Translations under genes and position numbers: made by a program
Part shown: in pieces, positions 45,097 through 54,528 of the stretch
How the letters are laid out: the number at the start of each line of letters is the position of its first letter
How positions within the stretch are numbered: the stretch's first letter is position 1
Source: Actinomycetota bacterium
GTDB lineage: Bacteria; Actinomycetota; Acidimicrobiia; Acidimicrobiales; CADCTF01
Direction: 5' to 3'
DNA: 64,000 nt
Assembly (NCBI GenBank): GCA_019348255.1
Contig: JAHWJU010000002.1
Span: forward strand, 7,132-71,131
The notes under the pieces: generated by a model
Databases searched by the model: none
What the model saw: the letters and a program-made list of their open reading frames with translations, nothing else
Told to the model about the DNA's origin: nothing

Positions 45097-45288
45097 TGTG
45101 GGGTTGTCGGCAGGGGAGGTGAACACCTGTAGACACCGGCCCGGTCGTCGAAGCGGGAACCGCATGCCGCTGAGTTCCCGTCAAAGTTCGACCGCCCGCG
45201 GGCGTCAGCGCCCGGGGAGCCCGAGGCCCCCCGGAGCGGGCAGATGAGAGGCCGGCGACAGGCGGCGCAGCAGGCTCGGATGGGCCTT

Positions 45289-45318
45289 TTGGCTAACCGC
45301 GAACCCCCTCACTAGGCT
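45289..45318 (+). promoter_or_regulatory. Candidate promoter of the second nuo operon (TTGGCT-18 nt-TAGGCT)
   Basis: -35-like TTGGCT (45289-45294) and -10-like TAGGCT (45313-45318). The -10 ends 9 nt before the nuoA2 ATG, implying a very short or absent leader. Confidence 0.35.
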
Positions 45319-45327
45319 CCCGCCCCG

Positions 45328-45693
45328 ATGTCGGACTTCCTTCGGAGCTACCTCACGGTGGCGATCCTCGGAGGGGCCGCTTTCCTGCTCGTAGGGGGCT
45401 TGCTCGGCCTCGGCAGGTTGATCAGGCCCCGCCGACCACAACCCCAGAAATACATCCCTTACGAAAGCGGCGTGGATCCTGTGGGCACCGGGTGGTCCCA
45501 GAGCCAGATCCGCTATTACGTCTTCGCTCTCCTGTTCGTCTTGTTCGACGTGGAAGCGGTCTTCATCTTTCCGTGGGCGGTCCGTCTCGAGGAGCTGGCC
45601 CTCTTCGGGCTCGTCGAGATGATCGTGTTCATCGTCATCCTCGCCCTCGGCCTCGTCTACGCATGGCGCAAAGGGGTGCTCCGGTGGGTCTAG
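45328..45693 (+). CDS. nuoA2: NADH-quinone oxidoreductase subunit A, second copy
   Basis: IPYESGV...[16 protein letters not shown] signature; 3 TM segments; 121 aa. Confidence 0.85.
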   Translation: MSDFLRSYLTVAILGGAAFLLVGGLLGLGRLIRPRRPQPQKYIPYESGVDPVGTGWSQSQIRYYVFALLFVLFDVEAVFIFPWAVRLEELALFGLVEMIVFIVILALGLVYAWRKGVLRWV

Positions 45694-46199
45694 TGGAGTC
45701 GGGGAAGGTGCCCAAGCCGCTGTCGTGGTTGCTCAACTACAGCCGCAAGTACTCGCTGTGGGTCTACCAGTGGGGCCTCGCGTGTTGTGCCATCGAGATG
45801 GGCGCGGCCTTCGGTTCACCCCGCTACGACGTGATGCGTCTGGGCGTCATCCCCCTGCCCGCCTCCGCCCGCCAGGCTGACCTGGTGGTCGTCTCGGGCA
45901 CTGTGACCGACAAGATGGCCCCTCCCATCCGCAGGCTCTGGGAGCAGATGCCGGACCCGAAGTACGTGATCTCGATGGGGAGCTGCGCGAACTGCGGCGG
46001 CCCCTATTGGGACAGCTACTCGGTCACCAAGGGCATCGACCAGATCATCCCCGTCGACGTCTACGTCCCAGGATGCCCACCCCGGCCCGAGGCTCTGCTC
46101 GAGGGCATCGTCTTGCTCCAGCAGCGCATCCAGCACGAGGACATGGCCGACCGGTGGCGGGGAGAGCCGCTGGTGGTCGGAGGCGGCCCCATCTCATGA
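45693..46199 (+). CDS. nuoB2: NADH-quinone oxidoreductase subunit B, second copy
   Basis: [23 protein letters not shown] and PGCPPRPE; GTG 45693 overlaps the nuoA2 TAG by 1 nt. Confidence 0.85.
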   Translation: MESGKVPKPLSWLLNYSRKYSLWVYQWGLACCAIEMGAAFGSPRYDVMRLGVIPLPASARQADLVVVSGTVTDKMAPPIRRLWEQMPDPKYVISMGSCANCGGPYWDSYSVTKGIDQIIPVDVYVPGCPPRPEALLEGIVLLQQRIQHEDMADRWRGEPLVVGGGPIS

Positions 46200-47089
46200 G
46201 CGAGACTGGGCCCGAGCGGCCCTCCCAGCCGGGTGACGGCCCGCCCGAACGGATGGACCTCCACGAAACCTCGACCCCGGAGGGTCAGCGGCCAGCCGAA
46301 GAGTCCGGTTCCCCGCAGAGCGTGGGCGGAGAGCCGGCCCCGGAGGCGTCCCCGGCCCAACCGCCCGCCGACGCCACCGCCACTCCGTCTCCGGCAGTGA
46401 CCGCCTCTGGCGACCAGTCCCAGCCCGAGCCCGACCCCCCGCCCGCCCCGGAACCGGACCCAATCCGCGACCAGCTCGTGGAGCGTCTGCGGGCGGTCCT
46501 GGGGGAGGCGGTCGTGGACTCCGTGGTGCAGAAGGGCGACTTGTGGGTGCGGGTGCACCGGGACGCCTGGCGCCGGACGGCGCAACTCCTGAAAGACAGC
46601 GGTTTCACGTACTTCTGCTTCTTGTCGGGCATCGACTGGCTCCCTAATCCGGAGCTGTCGAACCGCTACGAGCAGGTCTTCACCGCGGAAGGGGACGGGG
46701 CCGACCCTGAGGAGACCACGCCCTCCACCATCGAGACGGGGCTGGCGGGAGGCGAAACCCGGTTCCAGGTCTTTGCCCGCCTCTACGACGTGCAGCGAAA
46801 GTTCGGCGTCACCATCAAGGCGGACCTCGACGACGAGGCTCCGAGCGTGGAGAGCATCTCGTCCGTCTACCGGGGCGCCGATTGGCACGAGCGGGAGACA
46901 TGGGAGATGTTCGGGTTCGACTTCGTCGGTCACCCGGGGCTGCGTCACCTCTACCTGCCCACCGGCTTCGAGGGGTTCCCTCTGCGCAAGGACTTCCCAC
47001 TGCTTGCACGGGTGGTGAAGCCGTGGCCGGGCCTGGTGGACAAGGAGCCCGTGCCGGGCGAAGACGAAGAGGAGGTGCCTGCCACGTGA
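46196..47089 (+). CDS. nuoC2: NADH-quinone oxidoreductase subunit C, second copy, with ~95-aa Pro/Glu/Ala-rich N-terminal extension
   Basis: C-terminal [37 protein letters not shown] signature; ATGA overlap with nuoB2. Confidence 0.85.
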   Translation: MSETGPERPSQPGDGPPERMDLHETSTPEGQRPAEESGSPQSVGGEPAPEASPAQPPADATATPSPAVTASGDQSQPEPDPPPAPEPDPIRDQLVERLRAVLGEAVVDSVVQKGDLWVRVHRDAWRRTAQLLKDSGFTYFCFLSGIDWLPNPELSNRYEQVFTAEGDGADPEETTPSTIETGLAGGETRFQVFARLYDVQRKFGVTIKADLDDEAPSVESISSVYRGADWHERETWEMFGFDFVGHPGLRHLYLPTGFEGFPLRKDFPLLARVVKPWPGLVDKEPVPGEDEEEVPAT

Positions 47090-48258
47090 CCATCACCCAG
47101 CATCAACAGCAGGCCTACATCGCCGGCCAGGCCGCCGAGGCCCGCCTCCGCTTCGAGCTCGAGACAGAGGGAATGACCCTCAACATCGGGCCTCAGCATC
47201 CCGCCACGCACGGGACGCTCCGCATCGTGGTCCGCCTCGACGGCGAGCAGGTCGTGTGGGCCGATCCCGTCTGCGGCTACATGCACCGCGGCTACGAGAA
47301 GCTGTGCGAGGTCCGCAAGTACCAGCAGGTGACCACCCTCATCAACCGGATCGACTGGTTGGGGCACTTCGCCAACGAGGTGCCCTTCATCCTGGCCGTC
47401 GAACAGCTGTACGACGTGGAGGCGCCTCCTCGGGCGCAGTGGATCCGCACGATCTTCTTCGAGATGGCCCGTATGGCCAACCTCGGCTTGTTCCTGGGGG
47501 ACATGGGAGTTCAGCTGGGGGCCATCACTCCGGTGTTCTTCGCCTTCCGCGACCGCGAGCACGTGCTCAACCTCATGGAGGCTGCCACCGGGGGCCGCTT
47601 CCATCCCAACTACGACCGGGTCGGGGGTCTCAAGGAGGATCTGCCCAAGGGTTGGGTGGACGAGTGCAAAGAGGTGATGAAGCGCCAGCGGGAGTTCTGC
47701 GACGAGATGGAGGAGCTCCTGGTCGGAAACGAGATCTTCCAGACCCGCACCCGCGGCATCGGGGTGATCCCCCAACAGATAGGTCTCGACTACGGATTGT
47801 CAGGCGCCAACATCCGCGCCAGCGGCGTCGACTGGGACCTCCGGCGGGACCGGCCCACGCCCTTGGCCTGGAAAGAGGCCGACTGGAAGGTGTGGACCCA
47901 CCCCGACGGCGACTCCTTCGCCCGCTACTGGGTGCGGCTGCAGGAAGTTCGGGAGTCGACCAAGATCGTCGACCAGCTGCTGGAAGGCCTCCCGTCTGGG
48001 CCGGTGATGGCCAAGATGCCGGCCCGCCTCCGGGTGCCCAAGGGAGAGGCCTGGGTCAACACCGAGAACCCGTTGGGGGAGATGGGCTACTACGTCGTCA
48101 GCGACGGTGGCCCCAGCGGGCCCTTCCGCTGCAAGATCCGCTCCGCCAGCTTCAACAACATCTCCATCGTGCCGTGGCTGCTCCGCGGCGTCTACGTTCC
48201 CGACGTCATCACCATTCTCGCCAGCCTCTACTTCATCCTCGGCGACATCGATAGATGA
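47086..48258 (+). CDS. nuoD2: NADH-quinone oxidoreductase subunit D, second copy
   Basis: NIGPQHPATHGTLR, CGYMHRGYEK and C-terminal YFILGDIDR; GTGA overlap with nuoC2. Confidence 0.9.
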   Translation: MTITQHQQQAYIAGQAAEARLRFELETEGMTLNIGPQHPATHGTLRIVVRLDGEQVVWADPVCGYMHRGYEKLCEVRKYQQVTTLINRIDWLGHFANEVPFILAVEQLYDVEAPPRAQWIRTIFFEMARMANLGLFLGDMGVQLGAITPVFFAFRDREHVLNLMEAATGGRFHPNYDRVGGLKEDLPKGWVDECKEVMKRQREFCDEMEELLVGNEIFQTRTRGIGVIPQQIGLDYGLSGANIRASGVDWDLRRDRPTPLAWKEADWKVWTHPDGDSFARYWVRLQEVRESTKIVDQLLEGLPSGPVMAKMPARLRVPKGEAWVNTENPLGEMGYYVVSDGGPSGPFRCKIRSASFNNISIVPWLLRGVYVPDVITILASLYFILGDIDR

Positions 48259-48382
48259 GTTCGCCGTCACTCGCTCGCTGCGCTCGCTCCGTTCCGGCGA
48301 GTTCGTTGTGCCGCCCTTCGGGCGGCGCTGTCTCTGGCTCGATCGACCGGCAGAGCCGGATCGATCGAGGGGAGGGGGGTTG
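48259..48382 (+). repeat. Structured intercistronic repeat, copy B (nuoD2-nuoH2 junction)
   Basis: Same core as 27961-28078. Hairpins at 48310-48326 and 48338-48369. Bridged by a 42-codon ORF (48255-48383) docked ATGA/TGATG. Confidence 0.75.
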
Positions 48383-49402
48383 ATGCTGGCGCTTTCTTAT
48401 CCGGTGGAGACGGCCATCAAGATGGGGGCGGTGCTGGCCGTCATCCCGGTGGGGGCACTGATCCTCGTCTACGTCTTCCTGTTCAAGATGATGAGCCACA
48501 TGCAGAGCCGGCTGGGTCCGATGGAGGCGGGCTTCCACGGGACGCTGCAGCCGGTGGTGGAGGGTGTGAAGTTCCTCCAGAAGGAGGACCTCATCCCGAA
48601 CGGAGCGGACCGGCGGATCTTCGCACTGGCCCCGCTCGTGGTCATCATCGCCACGTTCCTCATCTACGCGGTGATCCCGGCCGGGCCCGACCTCGTCATC
48701 TCCAACCTCGACGTGGGCGTCTTCTATGCCCTGGCCGTTGGCTCGCTGTCCGTACTCGGCGTCCTCATGGCCGGTTGGGCGTCGGCCAACAAGTACTCGC
48801 TGCTCGGCTCGCTACGGGCTGCGGGGCAGCTGATCGCCTACGAGCTCCCGCTGGTGCTGGCCGTCGTGGGGGTTGTGATCCAGGCCGGGACGATGAGCCT
48901 GTCCGGCATCGTCGAGGCCCAGGCCGAAGGAGAGATCTTCGGCTTCGGCGGCATCGGCAACCCTTACATCCTCACTCAGTTCATCGGCTTCGCGCTGTTC
49001 GTGGTCTCCTCGCAGGCCGAGCTGACCCAGGCGCCCTTCGACATGCCGATCGCCGAGTCCGAGCTCGTCGCCGGCTACATGACCGAGTACAGCGGGTTCC
49101 GGTTCCTGTTCTTCTTCATCGGTGAGTTCGCCACTGCCTTCGCCCTTTCGGCCATCGCGGCCACCCTCTTCCTCGGCGGCTGGTACTTCCCCGGCCTCGG
49201 GACCGACGGCGCCCTCGCCAACCTGGCGGGACCCATCGTGCTCATGGGCAAGATCATGCTGATGGCCTTTTTCATCTTCTGGATGCGCTTCACCTACCCG
49301 CGGCTGCGGGAGGACCAGTTGCAGACCTTCGCCTGGAAGTGGCTGATCCCCATCTCGCTGGTCAACATCGCCGTCACGGGCGTGCTGAAGGTGGCCTTCT
49401 GA
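48383..49402 (+). CDS. nuoH2: NADH-quinone oxidoreductase subunit H, second copy
   Basis: [26 protein letters not shown] and [29 protein letters not shown] 48383 (TTG 48380 is also possible). Confidence 0.85.
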   Translation: MLALSYPVETAIKMGAVLAVIPVGALILVYVFLFKMMSHMQSRLGPMEAGFHGTLQPVVEGVKFLQKEDLIPNGADRRIFALAPLVVIIATFLIYAVIPAGPDLVISNLDVGVFYALAVGSLSVLGVLMAGWASANKYSLLGSLRAAGQLIAYELPLVLAVVGVVIQAGTMSLSGIVEAQAEGEIFGFGGIGNPYILTQFIGFALFVVSSQAELTQAPFDMPIAESELVAGYMTEYSGFRFLFFFIGEFATAFALSAIAATLFLGGWYFPGLGTDGALANLAGPIVLMGKIMLMAFFIFWMRFTYPRLREDQLQTFAWKWLIPISLVNIAVTGVLKVAF

Positions 49403-49917
49403 TGCCGGAGATCCCCGGGCAGGGCCTGGTCAAGGGTCTGGGTGTGACGCTGCGGACCATGATGCGCCCTGCCGTCACCGTGCAGTACCCCCACGACAAG
49501 GAGGCTCCGCCCACCCGAGCCCGGGGCGTGATCGCACTGCTCGAGGAGAACTGCACCGTCTGCATGCTGTGTGCCCGCGAATGCCCGGACTGGTGCATCT
49601 ACATCGAGGGCCACAACGACAAAGCTCCCCCCCGCCGCGAAGGCGGCAAGCCCCGCACCATCAACATCCTCGACCGCTTCGACATCGACTACGGCCTTTG
49701 CATGTACTGCGGCATCTGCGTCGACGTCTGCCCCTTCGACGCGCTCTTCTGGTCGCCGGAATACGAGTACTCCGAGATCAACATCGCCGACCTGTTGCAC
49801 GACAAGCGCCGGCTGGGCGAGTGGATGGACACCGTGCCCGAACCACCGCCGCTCGAGGCGGGGGCACAGGGCAAGCTCAGGAAGGGCCCCGCCGAGGCGC
49901 GGGCCAAGAGCCGGTAG
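49402..49917 (+). CDS. nuoI2: NADH-quinone oxidoreductase subunit I, second copy
   Basis: [12 protein letters not shown] and [12 protein letters not shown] motifs; TGATG overlap with nuoH2. Confidence 0.9.
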   Translation: MPEIPGQGLVKGLGVTLRTMMRPAVTVQYPHDKEAPPTRARGVIALLEENCTVCMLCARECPDWCIYIEGHNDKAPPRREGGKPRTINILDRFDIDYGLCMYCGICVDVCPFDALFWSPEYEYSEINIADLLHDKRRLGEWMDTVPEPPPLEAGAQGKLRKGPAEARAKSR

Positions 49918-49923
49918 CGGCCG

Positions 49924-50415
49924 GTGAGCGGAGCGAACGTCGCCTTCGGGGTTCTTGCCGCGGTCATGGCGGTCTCTGCCATCCGGGTGGTGACGACCAA
50001 GAACGTCGTCCACGCCGCGCTGTACCTCGTCCTGGTGCTCGCCGGAGTGGCCGGGATCTTCATCCTCCTGGCCGCAGAGTTCCTCGCCATCGTGCAGATC
50101 CTCGTCTACATCGGCGCCATCGTCGTGTTGTTCCTCTTCGGCATCATGCTCACCCGGGCGCCGATCGGACGAGCCCCCGATCTCGACAACGACCAGCGTG
50201 CCATCGGGGCCGTCGTGGCCATGTTCCTTTTCGGGGTGCTGGGCTGGATCCTCTATGACGGCTTCGGCGACACCCAGCTGCAGTTGCGCGACGTGGGCCG
50301 AAGCGGAGATGTCGGCGCGTCCATCTTCTCCACCTTCGTCGTCCCCTTCGAGGTCATCTCCGTCCTGCTTCTCGCTGCCCTGGTGGGCGCGGTAGTGATC
50401 GCCAGGAGGGACTGA
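49924..50415 (+). CDS. nuoJ2: NADH-quinone oxidoreductase subunit J, second copy
   Basis: ND6-like (NVVHAALYLV...[20 protein letters not shown]), in the canonical position. Confidence 0.85.
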   Translation: MSGANVAFGVLAAVMAVSAIRVVTTKNVVHAALYLVLVLAGVAGIFILLAAEFLAIVQILVYIGAIVVLFLFGIMLTRAPIGRAPDLDNDQRAIGAVVAMFLFGVLGWILYDGFGDTQLQLRDVGRSGDVGASIFSTFVVPFEVISVLLLAALVGAVVIARRD

Positions 50416-50723
50416 TGTACCTGATGCAGTTCCTGGTTCTGGCCGCCTTCCTGTTCTGCGTCGGCGTCTACGGCGTCCTCGTCCGGAAGAACGCGGTGCT
50501 GGTTCTGATGTCGATCGAGTTGATCCTCAACTCGGTCAACATCAACTTGGTCGCTCTGGGCGTGTACCGGGGCTACGACCAGGCCATCGTCGGCCAGGTC
50601 TTCTCCCTCTTCGTCATCGCTGTTGCCGCCGCCGAGGTGGGCATCGGACTGGCCATCGTGCTGCTCATCTACCGCAACCGCGCCTCCATCGACCTCTCAG
50701 AGGTCGACCTCATGAAGGGTTAG
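50415..50723 (+). CDS. nuoK2: NADH-quinone oxidoreductase subunit K, second copy
   Basis: 102-aa, 3-TM ND4L-like protein (MSIELILNSVNI...AAAEVGIGLAI). Confidence 0.9.
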   Translation: MYLMQFLVLAAFLFCVGVYGVLVRKNAVLVLMSIELILNSVNINLVALGVYRGYDQAIVGQVFSLFVIAVAAAEVGIGLAIVLLIYRNRASIDLSEVDLMKG

Positions 50724-50733
50724 CCGGCGCCGC

Positions 50734-52977
50734 ATGGTGCTTCAGAACATCTGGGTCATCCCGGCCATCACGGCCTCTTCGTTCGTCCTCATCCTGTTGT
50801 TCGGTCGCCGCCTACCCAACAAGGGGGCGGAGTTCGGGCTGATGGCCCTGACCATGACGTTCGCGCTGGCCAGCATCGGTGCGGCGCAGTGGGTGGGTCG
50901 ACCCGCCGACCTGGAGGTCGAGCCTGCGTCGACCATCAAGTCGGCCGAGGCCCACGACGAGGAGGGCGGGGACGAGGACCACGGCAACAAGTCGGACAAG
51001 GGACACGCCGGCGAAGGAGCCAAGGAGCACGCCGGCGAAGGAGCCAAGGAGCACGCGGAGGAGCAAGACGAGGGTGGTCACGGCGCCGAGGGCACCGTGG
51101 CCGAAGCGGGGGAGGGTGACGAGGACCACGGCGGCGGCCACGAGGCCGAGCCGATCCGCCGTCCTGTCGACCGCCGGTGGGCCTGGTTCCAGACCGGCGA
51201 CGTGAAGGTGCAGGCAGGCACCCATGCCGACGGGTTGGCCATGGCCATGCTGTTCGTGGTCAGCCTGATCTCGTTGCTCGTGCACGTCTTTTCGTTCAGC
51301 TACATGCACGGCGACGAGCGGTTCACGCACTACTACGCCGCGCTGTCGCTGTTCACCACCGGGATGTTCGTCCTCGTCACCGCCAGCAACACCTTGCAGG
51401 CCCTGTTCGGCTGGGAGCTCATGGGCCTGTGCTCGTTCATGCTCATCGGCCACTGGTGGGACCGCGACGGCAACAAGAACTCCAGCGCCGCCCTCAAGGC
51501 GTTCTTCACGACCCGCACCGGAGACGTGGGCCTGCTCGTCGGCATCTCCATCCTGTTCTTCGCCGCCGGCCAGACCTTCGACATAGAGACCACCAATCGG
51601 GCCGCGCTGACCGGCCAGATCGGTTCTGGTGTGTTGCTGGCCGCGGCCGCCGCCCTTCTGGTGGCCGTCATCGGTAAGAGCGCGCAGTTCCCCCTGCACA
51701 CGTGGCTGCCCGATGCGATGGCGGGCCCGACCCCGGTGTCCGCCCTCATCCACGCCGCGACCATGGTGGTCGCCGGCGTCTACCTGGTGGCTCGCCTCTA
51801 CGGCGTGTTCTGGGTCGCCTTCGACATCGGCGGCGGCGGCATCAACCCGGTGGCCGTCGTGGGGGCCGTCACCATCCTCATCGCCGCAGCCCTGGCCTTC
51901 GTCCAGGCCGACATCAAGAAGGTGCTCGCCTACTCCACCGTCAGCCAGTTGGGCTTCATGATCATGGCGTTGGGGGTCGGGGCGTGGACGGCCGGCATCT
52001 TCCACCTCTTCACCCACGCCTTCTTCAAGGCCTGCTTGTTCCTCGGCGCCGGCTCGATCAGCCACTCCGGGTCGCACCACTCCTTCGACATGGTCAAGGA
52101 CATGGGGGGCCTCAAGGACAAGATGCCCTGGACCTTCCGCACCTTCTTGGTGGCTACGGCCGCGCTCGCCGGCGTTCCGCCTCTGGCCGGGTTCTGGTCG
52201 AAGGACGAGATCCTCCTGGGCGCCGGGAAGAACGGGTACGGGCTGTTCATGGTGGTGGGTCTGATCGGCGCCTTCATGACGGCGGCCTACATGACCCGAT
52301 GCGTCTATCTCACCTTCTTCGGGGAGCCACGGGGAGCAGCGGCCCACCACCACCCCCACGAATCGCCACCGCTCATCGTCGTTCCCCTGCAGGTCCTGGC
52401 TGTGCTCTCCGTCTTCGCCGGCTTGCTCAACGCCCCGTTCTTCGGCGAGTTGTTCGGGAAGTGGACCTCCAACAGCACCGTGCTCGGCGCCGGCATCGCC
52501 CACCACGAGTTCTCCCTGGTGGCGGCCGCGCTGTCCATCGCCGTCGCCTTCGGCGGCATCGCCACCGGCTACGCCTACTACTGGAAGGGCTTCCGCGTCG
52601 GCAGCCTGCGCCACGACCGGGGGCCCACGGGAATGTTGTACCGGCTCCTCGTGCGCAAGTACTACCTGGACGACCTCTACGAAGGCTTCATCGTCCGCGG
52701 CATCCGGGAACCGGTCGCCCGGGCCGCCTACTGGACGAACCAGAAGGTCATCGACGCCGTGGTGAACGGCGCAGGCATCGCGGCCCGGGGCATCGCCCGG
52801 TTCGTCTACGAGATCATCGACCAGCGTGGAATCGACGCCGCCGTGAACGGAGCGGGCATCGCCTCCTCCGAGACCGGCGGGCTGCTCCGCTACATCCAGA
52901 CTGGCCGCGTCCAGCAGTACGCGGCCCTCATGCTCGGTGCCGCCGGCGTCTTCGCGCTGGCGCTGGCGCTGCTGTAA
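50734..52977 (+). CDS. nuoL2: NADH-quinone oxidoreductase subunit L, second copy, with ~95-aa His/Glu/Gly-rich insertion after TM2
   Basis: ND5 motifs: FGWELMGLCSFMLIGHWW and KSAQFPLHTWLPDAMAGPTPVSALIHAATMV. The insertion at roughly nt 50900-51185 is absent from nuoL. Confidence 0.9.
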   Translation: MVLQNIWVIPAITASSFVLILLFGRRLPNKGAEFGLMALTMTFALASIGAAQWVGRPADLEVEPASTIKSAEAHDEEGGDEDHGNKSDKGHAGEGAKEHAGEGAKEHAEEQDEGGHGAEGTVAEAGEGDEDHGGGHEAEPIRRPVDRRWAWFQTGDVKVQAGTHADGLAMAMLFVVSLISLLVHVFSFSYMHGDERFTHYYAALSLFTTGMFVLVTASNTLQALFGWELMGLCSFMLIGHWWDRDGNKNSSAALKAFFTTRTGDVGLLVGISILFFAAGQTFDIETTNRAALTGQIGSGVLLAAAAALLVAVIGKSAQFPLHTWLPDAMAGPTPVSALIHAATMVVAGVYLVARLYGVFWVAFDIGGGGINPVAVVGAVTILIAAALAFVQADIKKVLAYSTVSQLGFMIMALGVGAWTAGIFHLFTHAFFKACLFLGAGSISHSGSHHSFDMVKDMGGLKDKMPWTFRTFLVATAALAGVPPLAGFWSKDEILLGAGKNGYGLFMVVGLIGAFMTAAYMTRCVYLTFFGEPRGAAAHHHPHESPPLIVVPLQVLAVLSVFAGLLNAPFFGELFGKWTSNSTVLGAGIAHHEFSLVAAALSIAVAFGGIATGYAYYWKGFRVGSLRHDRGPTGMLYRLLVRKYYLDDLYEGFIVRGIREPVARAAYWTNQKVIDAVVNGAGIAARGIARFVYEIIDQRGIDAAVNGAGIASSETGGLLRYIQTGRVQQYAALMLGAAGVFALALALL
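51004..51051 (+). repeat. Perfect 24-bp tandem duplication inside nuoL2
   Basis: CACGCCGGCGAAGGAGCCAAGGAG occurs twice back to back (51004-51027 and 51028-51051), encoding HAGEGAKE x2. A partial third unit (CACGCGGAG) follows. Confidence 0.95.
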
Positions 52978-52985
52978 GGAGATTG

Positions 52986-54527
52986 ATGAACTGGTTCGAC
53001 GACTGGGCCCTGACGCTCGCGGTGTTCCTGCCGATGGTGGGCGTGGCCGTATTGGCGCTGATCCCCCGGGCCAACGAGGACCTCCACAAGCTGGTGGCCC
53101 TCGTCACCAGCGGCGCCACCTTGGCTGTCGGCGTCGGCATCCTCACCCGCTTCGACTACAGCCGCAGTCGCATGCCGCAGTTCGAGGTGGACCGCGGCTG
53201 GATCGATGTGATCAACAGCCGGTACCACGTGTTCGTCGACGGGATCTCACTCCCGCTCCTCGCCCTGTCCATGCTCATCACGGTCCTCTGCGTGATCTAT
53301 TCGTGGAACCACTTCCCCGAGCCCCACAACCCGAAGGCGTTCCTCATCCTCATGCTCGTGCTCGAGACCGGGATGAACGGCACCTTCGTGGCTGAAGACC
53401 TGATCCTGTTCTTCGTGTTCTTCGAGCTCGTCCTGCTGCCGATGTACTTCATGATCGGCGTGTGGGGCGGCGAGAACCGCCAGTACGCCTCGATCAAGTT
53501 CTTCCTCTACACGCTGTTCGGCTCGGCGCTGATGATCCTGAGCTTCCTGGCCCTGTTCTTCCTCGCCCCCAACACTGCCGGCCAGAACACCTTCGACATC
53601 CCCGAGTTGGTCGCGGCCGGCGCCAGCATCCCCCGCAGCACCCAGATCCTCATCTTCGCCGGCCTGTTCATGGGCTTCGCCATCAAGGTCCCCATGTTCC
53701 CGTTCCACACCTGGCTTCCGGATGCCCACACCGAGGCGCCCACCGTCGGGTCGGTGATCCTGGCCGCCGTGCTCCTCAAACTCGGCACCTACGGGTTCAT
53801 CCGCATCGCCCTGCCCATCCTGCCCGAGGCGGCCGAGGCGTGGGCGCCGTGGATCGGGGGACTGGCCGTGATCGGCATCATCTACGGCGCGCTCGGGTGC
53901 CTGGCCCAGCGGGACATGAAACGGCTGATCGCCTTCTCGTCGGTGGCCCACATGGGCTACGTGATGCTGGGCATCTCCACCCTCACCGACTACGGAGTCA
54001 ACGCCGCGGTGTTCGGCATGGTCGCCCACGGACTCATCACCGGGATGCTGTTCTTCTTGGCTGGGTCCATCCACGAGCGGTATCACACCCGTGAGCTGGC
54101 CCGTCTCGGTGGCATCCTCAAACAGGCCCCGCACCTGGGCTGGATCCTGGGCTTCTGCGCCTTTGCATCGCTGGGCCTGCCCGGGCTGGCCGGCTTCTGG
54201 GGCGAGTTCCCGGCGATACTGTCGGCCTACAGTCCGGCGGAAGCCCTCGACGAGGGCCTGTTCCGGATCTACATGGTCGTCGCCGCCATCGGCACGGTCC
54301 TCGCTGCCGGCTACCTGCTCTGGATGTTCCAGCGGACCGCCTTCGGCCTGCCGAAGGAGGAGTTCTCCGACGCCCACATCCATGACGTGCACGGCCCGGA
54401 GTGGATCGCCTGGACCCCGTTGCTCGTGCTCATCGTCGTTCTCGGGATCTTTCCAAACCTGCTGTTCGGCATCACCGACGACGCGGTGGGGGTCGTGACC
54501 CAGGCCTTCGCCAGAGTCGGCGGCTGA
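52986..54527 (+). CDS. nuoM2: NADH-quinone oxidoreductase subunit M, second copy
   Basis: FFELVLLPMYFMI and IKVPMFPFHTWLPDAHTEAPTVGSVILAAVLLKLG; ATG 52986. Confidence 0.9.
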   Translation: MNWFDDWALTLAVFLPMVGVAVLALIPRANEDLHKLVALVTSGATLAVGVGILTRFDYSRSRMPQFEVDRGWIDVINSRYHVFVDGISLPLLALSMLITVLCVIYSWNHFPEPHNPKAFLILMLVLETGMNGTFVAEDLILFFVFFELVLLPMYFMIGVWGGENRQYASIKFFLYTLFGSALMILSFLALFFLAPNTAGQNTFDIPELVAAGASIPRSTQILIFAGLFMGFAIKVPMFPFHTWLPDAHTEAPTVGSVILAAVLLKLGTYGFIRIALPILPEAAEAWAPWIGGLAVIGIIYGALGCLAQRDMKRLIAFSSVAHMGYVMLGISTLTDYGVNAAVFGMVAHGLITGMLFFLAGSIHERYHTRELARLGGILKQAPHLGWILGFCAFASLGLPGLAGFWGEFPAILSAYSPAEALDEGLFRIYMVVAAIGTVLAAGYLLWMFQRTAFGLPKEEFSDAHIHDVHGPEWIAWTPLLVLIVVLGIFPNLLFGITDDAVGVVTQAFARVGG

Positions 54528-54528
54528 C

